This document shows, piece by piece, positions 21,314 to 29,938 of a stretch of DNA of 64,000 nt. A program made the position numbers and the translations under genes. Source of the DNA: Cyanobacteria bacterium SIG31 (GTDB taxonomy: Bacteria; Cyanobacteriota; Vampirovibrionia; Gastranaerophilales; Gastranaerophilaceae); the NCBI GenBank assembly GCA_015152465.1, contig SUTX01000005.1, positions 10,528 to 74,527 of the forward strand. The letters run 5' to 3'. The notes beneath the pieces were generated by a model. The model was not told where the DNA came from. It made no database searches and saw nothing but the letters and a program-made list of their open reading frames with translations. Positions within the stretch are counted from its first letter, which is position 1. Every line of letters starts with the position of its first letter.

Positions 21314-22696
21314 TTAACCTCTTTCGCAAATAGTTCTAGCTACATATACACCTGAGGCAGAAGCTTGAATTAGACCTCTTGTTACTCCTGCACCATCACC
21401 AATTGTGAATAGGTTTTTTACACCTTCGGTTTCAAGTTCGTTTGTTAATTTTACCCTTGCAGAGTAAAATTTAACTTCAATACCGTAAAGAAGTGTATAT
21501 CTAGATGCTGTACCTGGAGCAATTTTATCTAATGCAAAAAGCATTTCAATTATTGATTTCATTTGTCTATAAGGAATTACAAGGCTTAAATCACCAGGTG
21601 TTGCACAAGTAAGAGTTGGTTCTATTATACTAGATTTGATTCTATCTGGAGTAGATCTTCTTCCGTCTAATAAATCCCCAAATCTTTGCACTAGAATTCC
21701 GCCAGCAAGCATGTTAGCCAAGCTAGCTATGTGTTGACCATAAGCAATAGGTTCTTTAAACGGTTCTGTAAACTTCTTACTTACTAGTAAAGCGAAGTTT
21801 GTGTTTTTTGTTTTAATATTTGCATAGCTGTGACCGTTTACTGTTGCAATACCGTTATAGTTTTCTTGTACAACTTCTCCGTTAGGATTCATACAGAAAG
21901 TTCTAACTTCGTCTCCGAAAGTTGGAGAATGATATACTAATTTTGATTCGTATAATTTATCAGTTAATGGTGCAAATACTGGGGCTGGTAATTCAACTCT
22001 TACACCAACATCTACAGCGTTATTAACCATACCAATTTTGTTTTTAGCAAATTCTTGAGTAAGCCAATCAGCACCTTCTCTTCCTGGTGCAATAATTGTA
22101 TATTCAGCTTTGATAGTTTCTCCATTATCAAGAACAATACCTTTTACTTGTTCGCATTCAACAATTAAGCTTTGGGCTGCAACATTATTTAAAATTGTAA
22201 TCTTGTCATCTAAATAATCTTGCATGTGTTTTAGGACGTCTAAACTACGCTCAGTACCTAAATGTCTGACCGGAGAGTGAACGAGTTTTAGCTCAGCAAG
22301 AGCTGCTTGTCTTTCAATCTCTCTAAAAATTTCCATATTGGTGCCAAAAACTTCATCTGTCGCGCCGTGTTCAAGATATAAGTCATCAGCATATTTAATA
22401 TATTCTTCAACTTTTTCTCTCGACATATAGTCAACTAAGTGACCGCCAACATCTGGAGTTAGCGTAAGCTTTCCGTCGGAGAATGCACCAGCTCCTCCCC
22501 AACCGCAGAGCAGTCCACAACGTTTGCAATTTACACATTTAGGAGAGCCATTTCTAATAGGACAAACTCTCTTTTCTATCTTTTGGCCTTTTTCAATAAG
22601 TATTACTTTCCATTCTGGTCTTAGTTTAACTATTTCTAGAGCAGTAAAAATTCCAGCTGGTCCTGCTCCAATTATGGCAACATTATACATCCCCAT
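21314..22696 (-). CDS. NAD(P)/FAD-dependent oxidoreductase (uncharacterised family)
   Basis: IIGAGPAG, Cys cluster CPI...CVNCKRC, GGAGAFSDGKL, GDGAGVTRG. Confidence 0.85.
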   Translation of the reverse strand: MGMYNVAIIGAGPAGIFTALEIVKLRPEWKVILIEKGQKIEKRVCPIRNGSPKCVNCKRCGLLCGWGGAGAFSDGKLTLTPDVGGHLVDYMSREKVEEYIKYADDLYLEHGATDEVFGTNMEIFREIERQAALAELKLVHSPVRHLGTERSLDVLKHMQDYLDDKITILNNVAAQSLIVECEQVKGIVLDNGETIKAEYTIIAPGREGADWLTQEFAKNKIGMVNNAVDVGVRVELPAPVFAPLTDKLYESKLVYHSPTFGDEVRTFCMNPNGEVVQENYNGIATVNGHSYANIKTKNTNFALLVSKKFTEPFKEPIAYGQHIASLANMLAGGILVQRFGDLLDGRRSTPDRIKSSIIEPTLTCATPGDLSLVIPYRQMKSIIEMLFALDKIAPGTASRYTLLYGIEVKFYSARVKLTNELETEGVKNLFTIGDGAGVTRGLIQASASGVYVARTICERG

Positions 22697-22847
22697 TAAT
22701 CCCTTACTCCTAATTCACTATTACTTATTTATGTTAGCTTAAACAAAAGGGTAAATCAATAATTTAATACTTATTATTAAGTATTATTCATGATTAATTC
22801 TAAAGAATGATTTTTCCTAAAAACCTTAAAATATCGTAATATACAGC

Positions 22848-22876
22848 TTGCGAGGAATTGTTTTTTGTGCTAAAAT
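22848..22876 (+). promoter_or_regulatory. Putative sigma70 promoter for small ORF 22980
   Basis: TTGCGA-17 nt-TAAAAT with extended -10 TG. Confidence 0.55.
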
Positions 22877-22979
22877 AAGCTCATAAATTATAGTGTAGTT
22901 TAACTGTTTATCTCACCAGAAAAAGGTGTTTTCATATATTTACTAATTTAATGTTACTAATAATATAGGAGGAAACGTT

Positions 22980-23138
22980 ATGACCGTTGCCACTGTTACA
23001 GAAACTAAAAAAACAGTTAAATCTACTTTTAATGATGAGTTTGAAACTTATTTAAAGAAACAACAAGTAAAAACCACATTTAATGGTTCTGAATTAGAGT
23101 CATTTTCTTGGTATAAAAAAGCTTTAGGGCTTTTATAA
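22980..23138 (+). CDS. 52-aa small protein not in the ORF track
   Basis: RBS aggagg, ATG 22980, TAA 23136-23138, own promoter and terminator. Confidence 0.7.
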   Translation: MTVATVTETKKTVKSTFNDEFETYLKKQQVKTTFNGSELESFSWYKKALGLL

Positions 23139-23150
23139 GGTTTAATCAAC

Positions 23151-23189
23151 AAAAAGGCGGGACTTCTTTTTAGAAGTCCCGCCTTTTTT
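23151..23189 (+). terminator. Intrinsic terminator
   Basis: aaaaaggcgggactt ... aagtcccgcctttttt. Confidence 0.85.
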
Positions 23190-23268
23190 ATTATGTGATG
23201 TTTTGATAGAAATGTAAATTTTTAATAAAATGTTGTCTTTTTTGATTATAAAAGATTAAATTTTTACC

Positions 23269-23419
23269 GACAGGCATATTTATTTGATTAAACACGTTCG
23301 GTTTTGTAGCTCATTAATTAACCTTCTCCCTTGATGGGAGAAGGTGGTGCCTTGCACCGGATAAGGGTGGTCTTAATGTTTAGCCCCTCACTATCGTTAA
23401 TCAAACAAATATGCCTGTC
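23269..23419. repeat. 151-bp element bounded by 23-bp inverted repeats, containing a REP-like hairpin
   Basis: gacaggcatatttatttgattaa (23269-23291) vs ttaatcaaacaaatatgcctgtc (23397-23419), one mismatch; internal ccttctccc-ttgat-gggagaagg. Confidence 0.75.
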
Positions 23420-23624
23420 TCATAATAATAAAGTTAAGAAATAATGTTTTTGAGACGATAGCGAAGGGCAATACATATAGCTAGTTTAATTCTGCTACGC
23501 AAGCGTAGCGCACATCTCATTTTAGGAGATGTGCTTTTAAATATACGCCAAAACTGAGCGTGTTCTCAAAAATATTATTTCTTAATCCAATTAAATAGAG
23601 TTAGAATAAAAAGACAATATTTTA

Positions 23625-24350
23625 TTAATATTGTGCTTTTTTGTTACCAATTTCATTACCCGGTATCATTAGCGCAAATGGTACCAATCTGGAAATATAA
23701 TGTACTACTTGCGATCTTGGGGCAACGTATTTAGCTGATGCCAGTACGTCATCAAAGTGAGGTGCTAAATCTGTTGCTTTAACATCTCTTTCTTCTTTTT
23801 TATTTTTAAATAAGACATTTGAAAGTTTATTCATAGCAAAGTTTGCTAAATAAATTCCGCCGACTATAGCGCCCAAACAAGCAATGGCTCTTGTTGCTTG
23901 TCCTTTAGCAGTTTTTTCTGAAATTTTTATCAGATCACAAAGCTTATTAGTTCCTGCTACTGTTGCAATTGGAATCGTGATATTTCCTATTTGCATAACT
24001 GCTTCTCTGCGTTTAGCTTTTCTATTTTGAGGATTCTTGTCAATAATATAACCTCCGGCCAATCCTCCCAAGCAACTTCCAGCACCTAGTGCTACGATTT
24101 CTTTAAATAAGAAGTCAGCATTTTCAAAATATTTTCTAGCGTTTTTAAAATTAAGTTTATAACCTTGAGCTTTCGTAAGTGCTGCTAAGCTACTGACAAC
24201 ACCTATTACTGTTGTGCCGGCTACGATAAGTTTGTCTTTGGTTGTATAATCGCTTTTCCAAAAGCTTTCTCCGCCATGCTTAAAAGCAGGCTCTTTTTTT
24301 GAGACTGTGTTGTTTGATACTGTGTCATATTTTGCTAGCGTGATGTTCAT
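23625..24350 (-). CDS. Hypothetical multi-pass membrane protein with PAFK leader
   Basis: 241-aa ORF with Gly/Ala-rich hydrophobic segments. Confidence 0.75.
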   Translation of the reverse strand: MNITLAKYDTVSNNTVSKKEPAFKHGGESFWKSDYTTKDKLIVAGTTVIGVVSSLAALTKAQGYKLNFKNARKYFENADFLFKEIVALGAGSCLGGLAGGYIIDKNPQNRKAKRREAVMQIGNITIPIATVAGTNKLCDLIKISEKTAKGQATRAIACLGAIVGGIYLANFAMNKLSNVLFKNKKEERDVKATDLAPHFDDVLASAKYVAPRSQVVHYISRLVPFALMIPGNEIGNKKAQY

Positions 24351-24396
24351 TGTGACCTTCTTAATAGTCTAAAACACCTAAAAACATTTTTTGCTA

Positions 24397-24879
24397 TTAA
24401 ATAGTTGGGGAATAAAATTTTGAAATTTCTTCAAAATATCTTTCTAAAGCTTTATATCCGTTATGTATTTCATCTGTAACTGAAGCATATCTGCTTGCTA
24501 CAATGTATTTAAGCTCTTTGCAACGAATTTGTAGTAACATATCAGCATCTTTTCTTAAGAGTTCATTTGATGCAGTAGACCATTTTTTTAAATATGTCAA
24601 TTCGTCATTAATTTGTTTTATTGTTGAGTATTCTAAAGTGTTAAAATCATATTTTTGTAAAAGCTGTCTTTCTGTATTAGAAATACGGCTTTGAACTGCT
24701 TGGAATTTATAAATACGTTTGATAATAACGTAGTTATCAGCAATACGCCTGTGAGAATAAGGAACAGAACTCTTTGCCAATAAAGCAGATGTGGACAACG
24801 CCGTAAAAGCATCTTCCTCACTAGAAAAAGCACTTTGAACAGGATAAACAGTTTCAATCTTCTTACTATTACTAATCAC
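24397..24879 (-). CDS. Hypothetical protein
   Basis: 160-aa ORF, RBS-like ggggaag upstream. Confidence 0.55.
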   Translation of the reverse strand: MISNSKKIETVYPVQSAFSSEEDAFTALSTSALLAKSSVPYSHRRIADNYVIIKRIYKFQAVQSRISNTERQLLQKYDFNTLEYSTIKQINDELTYLKKWSTASNELLRKDADMLLQIRCKELKYIVASRYASVTDEIHNGYKALERYFEEISKFYSPTI

Positions 24880-24972
24880 TAGAGCTTCCCCTTTCCCTAA
24901 ATCTCCTAAGTTTATAATATATGAATCTCATCAAATTGTCATTATTATTGTAAAAAATATTTACATAAAATT

Positions 24973-25003
24973 AAAAAGGCGCTCTATTTAGAACGCCTTT
25001 TTT
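24973..25003 (-). terminator. Terminator after metK
   Basis: aaaaaggcg-ctctatttagaa-cgcctttttt. Confidence 0.7.
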
Positions 25004-25021
25004 GGTTATTTTTTATTCTTC

Positions 25022-26290
25022 TTAGCAACTTGCACATGCAGTTAAAGCTGATTTTAATATTTCAACTTTGTCTAATTGTTCCCAAGGTACGAATAAATCA
25101 GTTCTACCTAGGTGACCATAAGCTGCAAGTTTTTGATAGAATTTACCGCCGTTTTTAGCTGGCAAGTTTCTTAAATCAAAGTTTTTAATAATAGCAGCTG
25201 GTCTTAAATCAAAATGTTTGCTAACTAATGCTGAAATTTCATCATCTGAAATTTTACCAGTTCCGAAAGTATCTACAAATATTGAAACAGGTTCAGCAAC
25301 GCCGATAGCGTATGCTAATTCAATTTCACATTTGCTAGCAAGTCCTGCAGCAACAATGTTTTTAGCAACATATCTTGAAGCGTAAGCAGCAGATCTGTCA
25401 ACTTTTGTAGGATCTTTTCCAGAGAAAGCACCGCCACCGTGGCGAGAGTATCCGCCGTAAGTGTCAACGATGATTTTTCTACCAGTAAGACCTGTATCAC
25501 CTTGAGGACCACCAACTACAAATCTTCCTGATGGGTTAATAAGGATTTTTGTTTCAGAGTCTAATTTAATAGATTCTGTTTCAAAAACATAGTCAACAAC
25601 GTGTTTTTTAAGGTCATTATAAATAATTTCTTGAACTTTTGAATTATCAGAAATTCCATTGATTTCTGCTGCGTGTTGAGTAGAAAGAAGAACTGTATCG
25701 ATTCTTGAAGGTTTTCCATCAACATATTCAACAGAAACTTGAGATTTTCCGTCTGGTCTTAAATAAGTTAAAAGGCCTTCTTTTCTAACTTGAGTAAGTC
25801 TGTAAGCTAATTTGTGTGCTAAGCTTATTGGTAATGGCATTAATTCAGGTGTTTCGTCACAAGCGTAACCGAACATAATACCTTGGTCGCCAGCCCCAAT
25901 ATTTTCTGTTTCAGAAACTGAAGTATCAGCGTTATCGCTTCTTGTTTCAAAAGCTTTGTTAACACCACCTGCGATGTCGCAAGATTGTTCGTCAATACTT
26001 GTTAATACTGAGCAAGTGTCACAATCAAAACCACCGCCTTGAATTCCTTCGTAGCCAATGTTTCTAACGGTGTTTCTAACGATTTGTGGAATATCAACAT
26101 AACAATTAGATGTGATTTCACCACTTACAAGAACCATACCTGTTGTAGCAAGAGTTTCTGCTGCAACACGAGAGCTAGGGTCTTTTGTAAGAAATTCATC
26201 CAAAATTGCGTCAGAAATTTGGTCGCAAACTTTGTCAGGGTGTCCTTCTGTAACTGATTCAGAAGTAAATAAGAATTTTTTACTAGTCAT
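25022..26290 (-). CDS. metK: S-adenosylmethionine synthetase
   Basis: [35 protein letters not shown]. Confidence 0.98.
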   Translation of the reverse strand: MTSKKFLFTSESVTEGHPDKVCDQISDAILDEFLTKDPSSRVAAETLATTGMVLVSGEITSNCYVDIPQIVRNTVRNIGYEGIQGGGFDCDTCSVLTSIDEQSCDIAGGVNKAFETRSDNADTSVSETENIGAGDQGIMFGYACDETPELMPLPISLAHKLAYRLTQVRKEGLLTYLRPDGKSQVSVEYVDGKPSRIDTVLLSTQHAAEINGISDNSKVQEIIYNDLKKHVVDYVFETESIKLDSETKILINPSGRFVVGGPQGDTGLTGRKIIVDTYGGYSRHGGGAFSGKDPTKVDRSAAYASRYVAKNIVAAGLASKCEIELAYAIGVAEPVSIFVDTFGTGKISDDEISALVSKHFDLRPAAIIKNFDLRNLPAKNGGKFYQKLAAYGHLGRTDLFVPWEQLDKVEILKSALTACASC

Positions 26291-26384
26291 TTTTCATATC
26301 TCCTTAATTTGATTTATCGGTAAGGTTTTTAATTCCGACCCGATGTACTATTCATATTAGCAATATTTTAAGATAAAGCATAGT

Positions 26385-26417
26385 AAAAAGCAAGTGTTAT
26401 ACAAACACTTGCTTTTT
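26385..26417 (-). terminator. Terminator after leuS
   Basis: aaaaagcaagtgtt-atac-aaacacttgcttttt. Confidence 0.75.
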
Positions 26418-26437
26418 AACATTGATTTAAATTTCCC

Positions 26438-28933
26438 CTAGCCTTTAACTACGATGTTAACTAGCTTTTTCGGAACTACAATTACTTTTACAATTTCTTT
26501 GCCGTCGGTAAGTTCTTTTACTCGTTCGCTAGCAAGAGCAAGAGCTTGTAGTTCATCGTTGCTAGCTCCCTCATCGGCTTCAAGTTTATCTTTAACCTTT
26601 CCGTTAACTTGAACAACCAAAGTTATTTTACTAGCTTTAGCTAGGTTTTCATCCCATTCGCACCAAGGCTCATCATGAATAGAAGTCTTGCCACCTAGTT
26701 CTGCCCAAATTTCTTCTGCCATGTGAACTGTAACAGGTGACATTAATTTAACTAAAGATATAATTGCAAAGCTCAATACATTCTTGTCTTCTTCGTTAAA
26801 TCCTACTTTACCCTTAGCCCCTACCCAATCGTAGATTGCGTTTGTAAGTTCACGATATTTAGAAATTACTGTATTGAATTGGAAATCGTTAGAGATATCG
26901 TTAGTAATACCCTTGATTGCCATATGAACAACACGAACTAAATCATCATTTTCACGAGTAAGCGGGAATGATAATTTATAAGCAAGAGTTAAATGTTCAG
27001 AATTATCTGCCACTAATCTCCAAACTCTGTTCAAGAATTTATAACAGCCTTCAACGCCAGCATCAGACCAGTCAAAGTCTCTTGCTGGAGGTGAATCTGA
27101 AAGAATAAATAATCTTGCGGTATCTGCGCCATAGTTTTCGAAGATTTCGTCTGGATCTACTGTATTACCTTTAGATTTTGACATTTTTGAGCCGTCTTTT
27201 AGTACCATACCTTGAGTTAGTAGGTTCTTAAATGGTTCGTCAAAGCTTAATAGGCCTAAATCTTTCATTGCTTTAGTAAAGAATCTTGAGTATAGCAAGT
27301 GAAGAATAGCGTGTTCAATACCTCCTACATATTGATCAATTGGTAACCATTGATCAACAAGAGATTTTGCAAATGGCATTTCTGTATTTTTAGCATCAGC
27401 AAATCTTAGATAATACCAGCTTGAGCATACAAATGTATCCATTGTATCTAATTCTCGTCTTGCTTTTGCGCCACAAATAGGACAAGTAGTTTCCGCAAAA
27501 GTTGGTGAAGTTGTGATTGGAGATTTCCCAACAACAGAGAAATCAACATCTTTAGGAAGAAGTACTGGTAAGTTCTCTTCTTTTTCTGGAACAATTCCGC
27601 ACTTATCGCAATAAATCATTGGGATAGGTGCACCCCAGTATCTTTGACGAGATATTAGCCAGTCTCTTAGTCTGTATTGTGTTTTGAATTCACCAAATCC
27701 ACCATCAACAGCCTTTTGTGTGATAGCTTTTTTAGCTTCTGTATTTTTCATACCATTGAATTCGTTTGAGTTAACCAATACTCCTTCTTCTGTGTAAGCT
27801 TCTGTTGAGCAGTCCGAAGGATTTTCTGGGTTTTGGATAACAACTTTCATTGGCATATTGTATTTTTTAGCGAAATCAAAGTCTCTTGTATCGTGAGTAG
27901 GAACTGCCATGACTGCACCAGTACCATATTCAACCAGAGCATAATCTGCTGTCCATAGAGGGAATGTTTCTCCTGTGAATGGATTTAAACAGTGTGTGCC
28001 AAGAGGAACCCCTGTCTTTACTCTATCTGTAGAAAGTCTTTCGATTTCAGTCATCTTGCGAGCATTTGCTCTATATTCTTCAACAGCAGGTCTATTATTT
28101 TCTGTTGTAAGTTTTTCTATATCTTTGTATTCAGGTGCAACTACAAGATAAGTTATGCCGTGTACAGTGTCAGGTCTTGTAGTGTATACCGGAACTTCCA
28201 TTTTTTCTCCGTTTGGAGCGTCTACAACAGGAAATCTAAAAATTGCACCCTCTGATTTTCCAATCCAGTTTGCTTGCATGGTCTTAACGTTATCGCCCCA
28301 GCCATCAAGTAAGTCTAAATCTTTTAGAAGTCTCTCTGCGTAATCGGTGATTTTAAAGAACCATTGAGAAAGGTATTTTTTCTCAACAACGCTGTCGCAT
28401 CTCCAGCACTTGCCGTCAATAACTTGTTCGTTTGCAAGAACTGTACCACATTTTTCACACCAGTTAACAGCAGCTTCTTTCTTGTATGCTAAGCCTTTTT
28501 TATAAAGCTGAATAAATAGCCATTGTGTCCATTTATAATAGTCAGGTTTGCAAGTTGTGACCTCTCTTTCCCAGTCATAAGACAATCCTAACATTTTTAA
28601 CTGTTGAGTCATATATGCTATGTTTTCATCTGTCCAAGTTTCAGGGTTTGCACCTCTCTGCATAGCAGCGTTTTCTGCAGGTAAACCAAAACTATCCCAG
28701 CCCATTGGATGTAGTACATTAAAACCCTGAGCTTTTTTAAATCTAGCTATTACGTCGGTTATTGTGTAGTTTCTAACGTGTCCCATATGCAATTTCCCTG
28801 ATGGGTATGGAAACATTGATAGTGCGTAATATTTTGGTTTATCTGTACTATCTGGTGTAAAGAAAGATTTGTTTTCTTCCCATTTAGCTTGCCATCTTTT
28901 TTCTATCTCTTGTGGAAAATATCCAGCTTTCAT
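26438..28933 (-). CDS. leuS: Leucine--tRNA ligase
   Basis: MFPYPSGKLHMGH (HIGH), WLISRQRYWG, KMSKS. Confidence 0.98.
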   Translation of the reverse strand: MKAGYFPQEIEKRWQAKWEENKSFFTPDSTDKPKYYALSMFPYPSGKLHMGHVRNYTITDVIARFKKAQGFNVLHPMGWDSFGLPAENAAMQRGANPETWTDENIAYMTQQLKMLGLSYDWEREVTTCKPDYYKWTQWLFIQLYKKGLAYKKEAAVNWCEKCGTVLANEQVIDGKCWRCDSVVEKKYLSQWFFKITDYAERLLKDLDLLDGWGDNVKTMQANWIGKSEGAIFRFPVVDAPNGEKMEVPVYTTRPDTVHGITYLVVAPEYKDIEKLTTENNRPAVEEYRANARKMTEIERLSTDRVKTGVPLGTHCLNPFTGETFPLWTADYALVEYGTGAVMAVPTHDTRDFDFAKKYNMPMKVVIQNPENPSDCSTEAYTEEGVLVNSNEFNGMKNTEAKKAITQKAVDGGFGEFKTQYRLRDWLISRQRYWGAPIPMIYCDKCGIVPEKEENLPVLLPKDVDFSVVGKSPITTSPTFAETTCPICGAKARRELDTMDTFVCSSWYYLRFADAKNTEMPFAKSLVDQWLPIDQYVGGIEHAILHLLYSRFFTKAMKDLGLLSFDEPFKNLLTQGMVLKDGSKMSKSKGNTVDPDEIFENYGADTARLFILSDSPPARDFDWSDAGVEGCYKFLNRVWRLVADNSEHLTLAYKLSFPLTRENDDLVRVVHMAIKGITNDISNDFQFNTVISKYRELTNAIYDWVGAKGKVGFNEEDKNVLSFAIISLVKLMSPVTVHMAEEIWAELGGKTSIHDEPWCEWDENLAKASKITLVVQVNGKVKDKLEADEGASNDELQALALASERVKELTDGKEIVKVIVVPKKLVNIVVKG

Positions 28934-28986
28934 TTATATTTCTCCTCTAATCAAAATTATTCTGAAACTCATTGTAGCATAAAAGC

Positions 28987-29334
28987 TTATACATCAACGT
29001 CTTCTTCATTATCAGAATCTGGTGCGTCTGGTTCTGCTACAGTTTTTGTAAGTTTTTCATTCAACTCTTGCAATGTAATTGATTTATCCATTTTCTTTAA
29101 AGCATTTAACACGGCTAGTTTATAGTCTGCATCGGCCCTGTTCTTAGGATTATCAACAATTTCGCCAATCTTTTGACCTAAGAACCCCATTACAACAACT
29201 GCTGGAATAAGTATTGAGCCGGTTGCAAGTATAGCGTGCAAGTCTATAGTGCCTATTTTAATGAAGCAAATAGTACCTATAACGAGCATCGTAATAACTA
29301 TAAAAAAACTTCTAATGTTTTCTGTGTAGTCCAT
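28987..29334 (-). CDS. Hypothetical membrane protein with acidic tail
   Basis: Two TM segments, TAATG coupling to the PilZ gene. Confidence 0.7.
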   Translation of the reverse strand: MDYTENIRSFFIVITMLVIGTICFIKIGTIDLHAILATGSILIPAVVVMGFLGQKIGEIVDNPKNRADADYKLAVLNALKKMDKSITLQELNEKLTKTVAEPDAPDSDNEEDVDV

Positions 29335-29924
29335 TATTTATTCAAATTCTCCATGTCTTTTTTCATACAGAATTGTACTAAAGTCATTTTATCTATATTT
29401 GAAAGGTTAGTAAATCTACCTGAAATCGTGTATAAACCATTATCACCTTTTTCAACTCTAATTAATTGGTATTTACAATTTATTATTTGTTCGTTGCTCA
29501 ATTTTAATGAAACTTTGTATTCTTTCTCCATATCGACATTGTCTTTTGTTTGAATTTTCATACCACCAGCAGAAATGTCTAATGTTCTAATTGGGTGAGT
29601 AACGTTATCATAAATAAGTTCTAAATCTTCCATAAATTTAATACGAGTAAATTTGCGTCTTTGTAAAAATCTATGCTTAACTGGATTTGCAATTGAAATA
29701 ACATTGTTTTCAAGCTCTTTAATATATGATTCAAAATATAAGTAGCCATTATCAGTCATTGAATAAAAGTCGCAGATGTGATTTTTTATTAAACCTTCGG
29801 GTTTATATTTTAATTCCATGCGGAAACCGTCCATGCCAACTTCTAGTATTTTCCCTTTGTTTGAATTTTTGAAGTCTTGTGGAACTATTGTTACAAGCTG
29901 ATCTTTTTTTATTAATTCTCTCAT
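29334..29924 (-). CDS. PilZ-domain protein (YcgR/flagellar brake-like, c-di-GMP binding)
   Basis: QRRKFTR (RxxxR) and DISAGG (DxSxxG); directly after flhA. Confidence 0.85.
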   Translation of the reverse strand: MRELIKKDQLVTIVPQDFKNSNKGKILEVGMDGFRMELKYKPEGLIKNHICDFYSMTDNGYLYFESYIKELENNVISIANPVKHRFLQRRKFTRIKFMEDLELIYDNVTHPIRTLDISAGGMKIQTKDNVDMEKEYKVSLKLSNEQIINCKYQLIRVEKGDNGLYTISGRFTNLSNIDKMTLVQFCMKKDMENLNK

Positions 29925-29938
29925 TGCTTCACCTCTTA

